From positions 1,012,803 through 1,076,802 of the forward strand of contig NMRA01000020.1 in the NCBI GenBank assembly GCA_002633005.1: 64,000 bases of DNA, written 5' to 3'. The notes below the pieces were generated by a model, which worked only from the letters and a program-made list of their open reading frames with translations, was not told where the DNA came from and made no database searches. The position numbers were made by a program, and so were the translations under genes. The stretch is from Phoronis australis (Eukaryota > Animalia > Phoronida). Within the stretch, counting starts at the first letter, position 1, and every line of letters starts with the position of its first letter. Shown piece by piece: positions 25,713 through 36,076 of this stretch.

Positions 25713-26535
25713 AGCTTTCTGCCCGGAAACTCTCCAATAAAAGTAGCTATTCACTCTACTATCATGCTGGTCTCAGCTTGCCTCTAACTCAAATAGGAAG
25801 CGGTTTTTGGGCTTGGAAAGACATGACGATTCGCTACTGATTGATGGCATGCTAGGCACGTACCGAAAACGAATTTGTCGCTAACAAATGACGACATTTT
25901 ATTGTTTTCTAAGCCCAGAAGTCATCCCGACTGTGGTAAGAGAAAAACGTGCGTCTGATTTCGAAGATGAGTGGTCTAAATCAAAAGTGTTTTATGCCAC
26001 TAAAAGAATTATAGCAGCTTAAATTAGATAATAAGTACATGTAAAGTGTCTCCGCTTAGTAGGTATCAGAGCCGTGTTTGTTGTCCTTGAGTCTTGTTTC
26101 TTGCAGGACGTGTCCCGGCTGTGTCTTTGGTGCATAAACTACAGTTTGTGAGTCCACACATGAGATTGTGATTCTGTTAACCGAGTATGCATGACCTTCA
26201 TATGTTCAAAAAGTTTGGTCTACACAATCAAACATGTTGTTTACAAACACGACTCGAACAACTCGGGTGTTGTTGTGTTTGAAAAAGAATGTGAACAAGT
26301 GTGCCGGATCCTGGTGTCAAATTTACCAAATAGGTTTGCCGAAGCATGATGACCTTTGGTCGTGCACTTTAGTTGAAAGTTAGTTTGGAAAAAATCAACA
26401 AAAACTTGAATGTTATGTGAGCATATTGTTTTTGAAATGACACCGTCGATGAACGAGTAGAGCATACCAATTCACGAGTAAGAAACGCGTCATGACATGT
26501 TTAATATTAATGAAACAGTAGACAAAGCCAATATC

Positions 26536-26748
26536 CATGCGCGCACCCAGGGAGAGTGGGGGCTTGGAATGATCCAACGATCCCGATTTGGTGAAGTGGG
26601 CGAAAAGGTCTGCCACTAAAAAGGCAGGAACTACCAAAATTCAGCGAATGCACAATTCATAGCTCTGAATGTTCCCCGTAAATCAAAGTAAAAAAAATAC
26701 ATTCACAAAAATTCGAGCCCCCCATTTTTCAGGCTGGGTGGCGCCCTA
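26536..26748. mobile_element. CATGCGCGCACCCAG-type MITE
   Basis: Family similarity; the right TIR is degenerate. Confidence 0.7.
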
Positions 26749-27810
26749 CTTCTCACTTCATATCAAGATCTCAAGCTTCCTGGTCAGTCCCTTGGTTCTT
26801 TCTAAGTTCTTGAAGTGATATGCTTCACGTTGGTTCCGTTTTCTGATGACTGTTCACACGTCCAGTTGAGATTCTTCTCCCTGACGACGACTCCTCAACA
26901 ATCACTATAGAGGACAGATACGTCACACGTTCTTTATTTTAGCTGTTTTTAATTACTAATTTTAAACGTTTCTGGTTTTCATCCAAGAATCCCCTTCACG
27001 TTTGAAAATTCGGCCAAAACTTATTAGGGCTAAATAATGTAACCCAATGTCGACTAGACAACGTAGACTACTTGTTCGAGCAAACATCAGTCAACTTCAT
27101 GTTTGACCACGACAAACAAAAGCTTACTTGTCCTGGTCCTTGCAAAGTATTTTGGGTAACCAGGAGTGTCAGAACTGCGATCGAGAGTTTTTTTTTCACA
27201 GTGATCGTTTATCCAAACTTTGTAATCAAACGATCAGCTGTACCGCGAATTCACAATTGCACACCGGAGTAGTTTTCAAAAATAAACTGGGCAATGTTAA
27301 GTTTCGACAAAGTTTTTGCGCACAAAACCGAGACTAAATATCGGTTTCTTTTCAATTATAGCTAGTTTCGATTCTAGGTAAATCTCCACAAAATTTCGAC
27401 ACTTTGATGAAATCGCTACAACTTAATTACTGCGCAAGTCCATTCATAAATAAACAAGTAGGTGCAATACGGCCACGTTGACCTCGAGAAAAAAGTTATG
27501 GAAAAAGTTCGACTAAACTGGCAAATAATTCTGGCAAGAAATTTATCCAACTTTGACATAATTTAGAGTTCTACAAATGTCTGTCTGGTTTATTTCGAAG
27601 ACTACAGTAGTTGCATTTCTAAAATGGTTACGAAGGTTAATACTTCACTGTTGATATGTAATCGCTTAGGTGACCAATAATAATTTACCATATCCCACTA
27701 CTGCTAGAAACAACGTAATAATGGTTACAGATACTTCCATTACTTTTCATGGTTGTTTTCATTCTGTTTTTACCCAACAGGTAATTCAGCATTCAGCTTT
27801 GACCTTGACC

Positions 27811-28938
27811 ATGACGAACAATACACTTAACCTTACTGGTGGCGGAAATGAGAGTTATGCAACTTCCGGATATGACGACTTTCGTAAATACGAAACTTTC
27901 AAGGTGGCACTTGAAATGTACAAGATCGTCAACTTAATAATACCACCCATGGGTATTCTTGGAAACTTGATTTCATTGCCTGTCCTTCTTCACAAGTCAA
28001 TGAGGGTACACTGCTGTTGTATCTTTATGATAGCTTTGGCGCTCGCAGACGTCACATATCTTACAGGCCACTTAATAAATTTCCTGAAGAGCGCCTACCT
28101 ATCGTCGCTTACTCGATCTTGGACCTGCAAGCTACTAGCCTATGTCACCTCTACGTCGAGCCAAATCTCTTCCACGCTCCTTGTAGCCATGACATGCGAA
28201 CGTTTTATTGCCATTAAAATGCCAGCCAAAGCTTCAAGATACTTTAACCCATCTCGCGCCATTGTCACAGTGATCTGCATTTTTCTTACCCTAATGATTT
28301 TCAACATTTTTTATTTTTGGGTCATGATCGCCAAAAACATGGGCAAGAATATGCAATGTGTCAGAAACGAAGACAACGAAAACCTAAAAAATGCTTACCA
28401 GATACTTATATGGTTCGATTCCACCATTTACATTTTTGCACCGAGTGTTGTTCTTGTGGTTCTCAACGTGATGATAATTAGACGTATTCGGTTGACAACT
28501 AAACACCAAAGGCAATTATCGAAAAAAGGAGTGAAAATGACAGATATGTCACGGCACATAACTGTGATGCTACTGACCGTTACCATCGTATTTCTGGTGA
28601 CAATGCTTCCGAATGGAGTTTGGGAAATCATCCTTGCATCCGGCTTAGTTTCACATCGAAACACAGGAAGGAATGAAATTTACGCTCTACGAATATTAAT
28701 CAACCAAATCATACAGATGATGAGAGTTGTAAATCATAGCGCCAACTTCGTTTTGTATTTCGTCACCGCTCAAAAGTTCCGAGAGTGTTTCTCTCTGGTT
28801 TATTGTTGCTGCTGCGTTAGTAGAAGACGATCACAAGAAAACTCAAGGTCACTGAACATGACTGACATCCCCGGATGTAAAGCATTGACTTCTGATGCTG
28901 GTTCCTCCAGTGTAATGTCAACTACAGCTGTCAATTAA
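27811..28938 (+). CDS. Class A GPCR, FMRFamide-receptor-like/GPR139-142-like, 375 aa (paralog 2)
   Basis: Colinear with paralog 1 (YDDFRKY, LLHKSMR, ERFIAIKMP, QCV, W.DSTIY, NHSANFVLY, YCCCC). The ATG at 27811 follows an acceptor-like ...CCCAACAG ending at 27780. Confidence 0.95.
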   Translation: MTNNTLNLTGGGNESYATSGYDDFRKYETFKVALEMYKIVNLIIPPMGILGNLISLPVLLHKSMRVHCCCIFMIALALADVTYLTGHLINFLKSAYLSSLTRSWTCKLLAYVTSTSSQISSTLLVAMTCERFIAIKMPAKASRYFNPSRAIVTVICIFLTLMIFNIFYFWVMIAKNMGKNMQCVRNEDNENLKNAYQILIWFDSTIYIFAPSVVLVVLNVMIIRRIRLTTKHQRQLSKKGVKMTDMSRHITVMLLTVTIVFLVTMLPNGVWEIILASGLVSHRNTGRNEIYALRILINQIIQMMRVVNHSANFVLYFVTAQKFRECFSLVYCCCCVSRRRSQENSRSLNMTDIPGCKALTSDAGSSSVMSTTAVN

Positions 28939-29652
28939 AAGTTGAATGGTGTCACCAAAAGAATCATGAAGGGTATAACCAAATACCTTGCATCAAGATC
29001 AAAAGAAATCTGCAGTAATACAGCACTCCAAGCAGAAATGACCAACCTGACATTTGAAAGAAATGGCTATCCAAGGGATTTCATCGAGTCGGCCTTAATA
29101 TCGTAGACAAAAGAGAAAGTGGCAGAAGAACGCCCACTGCAGACTATGTGCTTACCATATATACCCAGAATGGCCGAGACGCTAGGACACATATGCAAAG
29201 AACTTATAATAGGAACAGTACATGTATACCGCAGCTCAGACACACCGGGTCGGCGACTGAAAAAAGTCAAACCAAGAAATGATATGGGGAAAAAGAAAAA
29301 TGTCATCTATGAAATCCCATGTGAATGTGGTGAATTATATATCGCTGAAACATTAAGACCGCTGGAGATGAGACTTGTTGAACATAAGAGGTGTTGTAGA
29401 GAGGGTAATACATGTACTGTACCTCATCAGGAGTAGAAGAATACATGTGGTCAAAACAACACAATATCCAGTGGAAGAACATACGAATTCTTGACAGTGA
29501 AACGGGTTGGACCAAGAGAAAGATCAAGGAATCCGTGTACATGAAAGTACAAAGCACTGTTTTCAGTCAGCCAAGCAAACAACCAAGTGACACCTGGCTC
29601 GGTCTACTTAGGAAGGTTTAAGTATAACAAAATTCCCTATAAGTAAATGAAT

Positions 29653-29735
29653 GACTCCGTGGTGTAGTGTTAAGGGGCTGGACTCAAATTATATCTATAG
29701 TTTCAGAAGTCGTTGGTTCAAATCCTTCCTCGGAC
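29653..29735 (+). ncRNA. tRNA-like Pol III head (SINE-like/tRNA pseudogene) inside the Penelope 3' region
   Basis: A-box-like TGGTGTAGTGT (29660-29670) and B-box GGTTCAAATCC (29715-29725). Partial acceptor pairing TCCG/CGGA; anticodon arm disrupted. Confidence 0.6.
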
Positions 29736-29805
29736 AATATACAATCAAAAAGTCACACGATGATGAGTTTACCACATATCCATGGTCGTTCTTCTAAGAA
29801 GGCCA

Positions 29806-29853
29806 TAATACCTGATGATGGCCGGAGAATAGACCGACCGAAACGTCGTGACA
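29806..29853 (+). ncRNA. Minimal type I hammerhead ribozyme (Penelope-associated)
   Basis: CTGATGA (29812-29818)-T-GGCCGG-loop-CCGACC-GAAA (29840-29843)-CGTC. Predicted cleavage after C29847. Confidence 0.75.
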
Positions 29854-32381
29854 ATGTAAATAGACAAGAGGTCGGTGTAAACAGAGCAAGAGAATTCAAT
29901 AATAGTTATAAGAGTGCAAGTTGCATCATATCTTCTTTACCACTTTATGTATTTATTCACATTGTATGTAAAACCCAAGTTCGGACCGTCGGCACATTCT
30001 AAACATCAGATTGTATAGCAAAAATATACATGCATAACTTTTTAAAACTTCATGTCGTCCTGTTTAACCGACTGAAATACGAAAACGGAGTTACGTCATT
30101 TATTCTCATACAGTCGGTCTCATGATATTTCTTACCGTGATCGTATTCTGTTTCCGTTTCCAACAAGAACATTGAGACCATCAGAAACCCCAGAAAATGC
30201 TTCAGAATAGGGAATGGCCAACTCTAAATAGCTCACGTAAGCATTGTATATCTCTTAAAGAGTTACCATTTCCCATCATGACCTTGTGTCTCAAAAAGAG
30301 TTTTGTTAATACATCTTTAGATATTTAATAACATTTAGTATACTGTTTTTGGGATTGTACGTAATGGGTGGAAGACCGTCTCCGACATTCTTGTTTTAAC
30401 CAGTGCGATACTGAGGAGTTGTGAGGAAAGTTCGCGGAAAGCCACCTTATTAAGACACGAAAAGGTGTGTTTGTGGGGGCTACAGTAACAGCAACTTGAC
30501 TGAGAACGTCTCTGTGTTCAAATATTCTACAGGAGTTTAAATTGCGCGGAAATGACATCGGTTTGTGCGCCGCGCGAGAATGTGGAATGTCAGTGTGGAG
30601 CATGCGACTCGGTCTTGAGTCACCCTTTGTTTGGCACATTTCAAGGAATCGTGTTTCGACCAAACACAAAAGCGGCGTTACGATGAAGGACTCACCACCT
30701 TGTACATGTAGGTGCATTTGCAATGCAGATCGAGTGCTACGATATGTAGGCTTATGCACTCTGTTTAAACCGCGCTCATTCCGTCATGGCAATAGTGAAT
30801 ACGAGTGGCCCAGGTTTACTGTGGCCTTTGTCAATGATCATTAAGTGTTTATTTTGCATAATAGTTGTCCAGTTCTCTCTCAAAATCGTCCTCGTCTTCT
30901 GACGTGGGGGTTCCCCCATTGCAATTGATTGTCGAGTGACCAAACATCTTCCAACGCAGTATTACATCAGTTGGCGGAAAACTTAGAAATAAATAAATAT
31001 GCTTATTTAGTTACATTTTACGGTATTTATTTCATATTAGCTAACTGGAACGTCAAAAACTAAGAAAATGCGTGGTGGGAACTCTCTAAGTCCAAACCTG
31101 TCCGTTAACAAAAAATATATAAATTTTGCTGACTTCTGTAATGAACAAAACCTATACTTTCACGCCCACATGTTACCGTACATGTACAGTACATACGTGA
31201 ATAGATGGCTGTGTTATAACCGTGTTATCCAACGTCAGCCACCAGATGGCGAGACCGTCTAATCCACAGTCAAAGTTAGGAAAAACTTTAGTCGTTCTTC
31301 CTAACTTTGACCGTTATTTCCCATTAAAATTTGGGCATTACCAAGATGCACACGAGTAACCGCAGTGTAAACGGTCATCATGTCTACACACGCTGCGACT
31401 ACTCGTAAACGACGTAATCGAAAGCTTTGCAATTTTTTATTATGACATCTCTACACACTCCGAGTTTCGTGTACTTCACTATACATGACCACGAACTACG
31501 ATAGTCATTTGCCAGCCAGGTACGTGAAGTTACATGCGCTTGTAGACTGCACTGCACTGTTTTCTGGTTACAACAACATTAATACTCAAGACGAATCCAA
31601 ATAGGACACCACTATTTGCAAAGTTGATTTTTGTTTTAATGATAATTGAAATCTGGTGAAAATTATGATGAAAATTTTGTGGAGAAATACCGATACGCGA
31701 AGTGGCTTCGATTAGCCAACGAGGGACACAGAATACTTTGTACTGAAAACCTTTCAGTTTCAGGATCGTTTTATTCCTATAGTTGATTTTACTCACAACA
31801 TTTAAGACTAACTACGTCCAAAGTTAGTGTCGTCTGGTTCGATTTTGTTTGCTCATGGCTGTCCGACAGTTAAATGTCCATTCTCGTTTATGTACACAAC
31901 ACGTTTTCCAGGACAAAAAAGTTGTAATCTCGGCGTGAGGTCAGGGAGAAACTTCAACCCACTGGTAAGCTTCGTTGGAGTTTCCAGCGCGCAGTCCGCT
32001 TCGTGTAAGTCGGAAGTACTTCCAAGTTCCTGATTTTATCGACTACTTACTTGGAAAGTCAAGTCATTTAACTAGCATGATAGGTGTCGCTTCAGTGCTT
32101 CACATTTACTGCAACTACATGTAACACCAATGCACTTTACACGAACAGTGATTTTATAAATGTGTCACCGTTACAAAGCAGAGATCACCATGGAATTAAA
32201 AGTAAATGACGAGTAATTATGGTGATGTATAGACTAATTTGTTGGGAGGGACACCCTTCGTTGCTAAATTACTCGACATCGTTTCTATGACCAATCGTGA
32301 GCCCATAGAGATATGTCAGACAAGGAAAATTCGCAACCTGAGGTATGAACCATAGAAAAACGTAATCGCCAAAGAGCACTG

Positions 32382-32530
32382 GGGCTCGTTCCAAAAAACT
32401 GAATTAAGTTCATTTTGACTTAAGTTCGCATCTGACAAGTTAGTCAAAATTAAGAGGAAACTTTATTAAAAATATTAAGACAAACTTCTTAAAATTGTCT
32501 TATATAAGTCAGGTTTCTTGGAATGGGGCC
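32382..32530. mobile_element. Harbinger-type MITE with CTG TSD
   Basis: CTG|GGGCTCGTTCCAAAAAACTGA ... TCAGGTTTCTTGGAATGGGGCC|CTG. Confidence 0.7.
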
Positions 32531-34969
32531 CTGGCTAACATCCCAGCAAGCCTAAAGCTAAGTTTCCAGGAATTGCTCCTCTCATTAAATGTAGAGAACT
32601 GAGAAAGTTTGATACAGTTGTTACTGCCGGAGGAAAAGACCGTCTACGGTTTAAAACCGTTAGGGAAATGTCGAGAATGATAAAGTTGAAAGCTGAAAGC
32701 GAGGCTTGTCAGTTCATTGGGTTGAAACAATACAGTCTGGCCAGTCTGCAGAATCCACTATTATTTCAGTGTACATGATATCAATCTAAATTTGTCTAGC
32801 CACCAATCAAGATCCTGGGACAGTCGACTGAGTTAGTGCTGAAAAGTGACGAAGGGTACAGGGCACAGTGTTTTTGCTTGACCGTTAGATTTAGCCGTGT
32901 GCGAGCGCATTTTCCAAAGCGGCCACTATATTTAGTGATCCGGACAGAGTATGTATAAGTTTTAGCTACTGTATCGTTTACAGTCTTAATAATTTTGCGT
33001 AATATTTTACCACTGCTTATAGGTCTCCCAGGACCATCTATGTGCCAAATTTGGTGGACATCGGCTGATCCCCACCTTGCCGCTGGATGGCTAGTGCTCT
33101 CGTGTATTAATACATGAATACTTTGCCACACTTCGAAAAACTCCGAGTAAACTTGTTATGCACAAATTTTCAGAGCAAATGGAATCATACTTTTATAATT
33201 TAAGAAGACGATTTTAGGGAATGCAAAGTTGTATTTCTCCAATGACCCTTCTATGGTAACGGAGTCACATGTAGCTCTGTTTTTTCTGTTCATACATCTA
33301 CTTTTAAAAAAAGAAATATAATTGAAAGAGTTCCTGAAGATAACCTGCGTCGTTACCACCATTTCAGGGAATTAAAAACAACATACATACTGAAAGTTAA
33401 TAAGTGTAAAATTTCAAGAATAAAAGCATCATGGCTTTTTGTTTTGTGCTTTGTTTTTTGAGAATTGGCAAACACACAACTGAATATTAAATTATAATTT
33501 TGCTTTCACAACAACAAGTTACCATAAATTTAAATAAAAACCCTTGCACAAATTAGAAGCTCACTTGCATTAAATTTTAAAGAGAGTGAATTCGTAAATT
33601 TGATCAGCATACAGCGCTGAGAAATAAGCTCGAGCAGACTCAGTGTGTATAGCAGATACTAAGCGGTTTCGATCCCTTCTGACTCGGCATAATAGCGGAT
33701 TTTTCATATTGGCGCTCTTTAGAGTAATGAAAACGCCGAAAGCGACTTCCGTGATCCCGACTCAGACTCAGTGGACAGAAATAAAGAATCCTACATGAGT
33801 CTCAGGTTTATGATATGGGTAAAACCTCTTGGAAATTTCGAGGAATTTTGACAAAATTGCCGAGAGGTTTTGCCTATGTCATAAATCTGAGACGAGTGTA
33901 GGATTTGTTTTCTCCCATGAACCGTAAAAACGATCTTTTTTGCTGAAAAACTCGACGTACTTAAAACTTTCAACCACACGACGCAACTTGTTGTATTAAC
34001 ACCCTTGCCCCATGTAATCGGTGTAATTCATTTACTTATTGTTAGAAGTTTTATTTTAAGCTGAACAATTATAAATTGGATTCAGCCGCTTTCGTAGCAA
34101 ATATTCAAGTTAGTATCTAATAAATAGTCTTTGAAGTTGTGATATTTAAACTTAAAAATGTTTATAAATAAATAATAGTCAGCTTCCCCGCGCGTGAGTA
34201 TTGCCCTTGAAACTGCACAGCTAGACAGCCTCGCCGCATTTCTTGAGTTGGGGCTCGTCTCCGTTTGAAGGTGAACGGGGATATTGACTTCGCCGCCGAA
34301 GATGGTCCGTTTAATAAGTTGTTGGCATGTCCTTCCGACTGGAAGTACGTACAGTTGCGACATCCAATTTGTCAATCACAACTTTGTCACCTTCTCGGAA
34401 TTCTGGCATTGTTTGGTTGGCGAAAGTTCGGTTGTTTTAGTGTTCTGCAGACGATAAAATGTAAGGCGCATGGATTTCTATTTCGCGCTACTTTGTGATT
34501 CGCCCATGTAATATCAAAAATACACACTCGGTGATATTAACCAGTCGTGTAGTAACACATTCTAGATCATGTGAGAAATTCAATTACTGAAAAGCGATCC
34601 ATTAATCTAAAAAATGTTGAAATAATTCTACTGACAACCCCCATTGTTTGATTTACTACATTATTTTAGTTTTTTGGAAGGCATCGACTTGCTTTATCTG
34701 TCGCAGCCACTTTCTTCGCAGGGCGCAGAATATTCTTTGCAGTGGGAAACGTATGGAACATGATGTCCTTCACTCCTTATATTTCAAGAGGTTTGCCTTT
34801 TTCCCGTGAGCCGTTAGTGTACTTGCATTTCCCGCCAGTGAAACAGCAATTACTTGAGATCGATAGGTGGCGCTGAACGCCTGATTGCCGTCTGGCAGAA
34901 TAGTAATCTCAATTCGGCGCGGATGTTTCGAAAATTAGCTATTGGTTAACGACTTCGAGTAACTTTCAA

Positions 34970-36076
34970 CAACAAGGGCACAAATTGTCCTTTACTATAA
35001 ATTTAATGTTGATGTCCACACGGTAACAGCCAAACCTTAATAAGCTCACCCTTTGTGTATAATGCGCAGGTACGGGCCCGAAATAAAATACGCAGCATTG
35101 ATGGAAACCTTATCCTACACTTGTCTTCGTATTGTAAGAATATTTATGATAATTAATTATTCCCTGGACAAAAACAAAATAACAAGCAAGCGGAACCTGT
35201 TGTGTTCTCTACAGGATTTGAAAGATAAACGACAACTCAGGATAGCCAAACTCAAGAGCCTTTTTAAAATAAAAGTGCCAACTACAGTCAGGCCCGGAAC
35301 TTAACCCTGCTTTTTGCTTACTCAAAGCCGACTGCGCGCTGGGTGATTGAACGAGGCTAAAACTCGAACGTTGTTGAATTAAACACGAGCTCTGCCTAAT
35401 TAGTATCGCATAGAATAAACATGAGGCCTATAAATAATTTGTTGAATGCTTCGCGATTTTATATCGATGGTCTTTGTCTTTGGCCAATAATAGTCGCTCC
35501 TCATAAACAATGGTACAAATCANCAATAAGGGCACAAATTGTCCTTTACTATAAATTTAATGTTGATGTCCACACGGTAACAGCCAAACCTTAATAAGCT
35601 CACCCTTTGTGTATACTGCGCAGGTACGGGCCCGAAATAAAATACGCAGCATTGATGGAAACCTTATCCTACACTTGTCTTCGTATTATAAGAATATTTA
35701 TGATAATTAATTATTCCCTGGATAAAAACAAAATAACAAGCAAGCGGAACCTGTTGTGTTCTCTACAGGATTTGAAAGATAAACGACAACTCAGGATAGC
35801 CAAACTCAAGAGCCTTTTTAAAATAAAAGTGCCAACTACAGTCAGGCCCGGAACTTAACCCTGCTTTTTGCTTACTCAAAGCCGACTGCGCGCTGGGTGA
35901 TTGAACGAGGCTAAAACTCGAACGTTGTTGAATTAAACACGAGCTCTGCCTAATTAGTATCGCATAGAATAAACATGAGGCCTATAAATAATTTGTTGAA
36001 TGCTTCGCGATTTTATATCGATGGTCTTTGTCTTTGGCCAATAATAGTCGCTCCTCATAAACAATGGTACAAATCA
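34970..36076. repeat. 553-bp tandem duplication around a single N (probable assembly artefact)
   Basis: 34970-35522 versus 35524-36076 differ at only a few positions; the junction is the N at 35523. Confidence 0.85.

Larger units (their letters stand above)
28951..29900 (+). mobile_element. 5'-truncated Penelope-like retroelement (linker + GIY-YIG endonuclease + pLTR)
   Basis: Translations KGITKYLASRSKEICS...NGYPRDFI, LPYIP, VIYEIPCECGELYIAET.RPL..RL.EH and KRKIKESVY; frameshifted. Hammerhead motif downstream. Confidence 0.88.

Noticed and set aside
27670-27810. 47-aa N-terminal extension of GPCR2 (and the 11-aa extension of GPCR1)
   Set aside because: Both use non-ATG starts upstream of acceptor-like sites and are not conserved between paralogs.
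35053-35858. Two identical 83-aa ORFs suggesting a duplicated gene
   Set aside because: They result from a near-identical duplication around an N, start at TTG and show no protein features.
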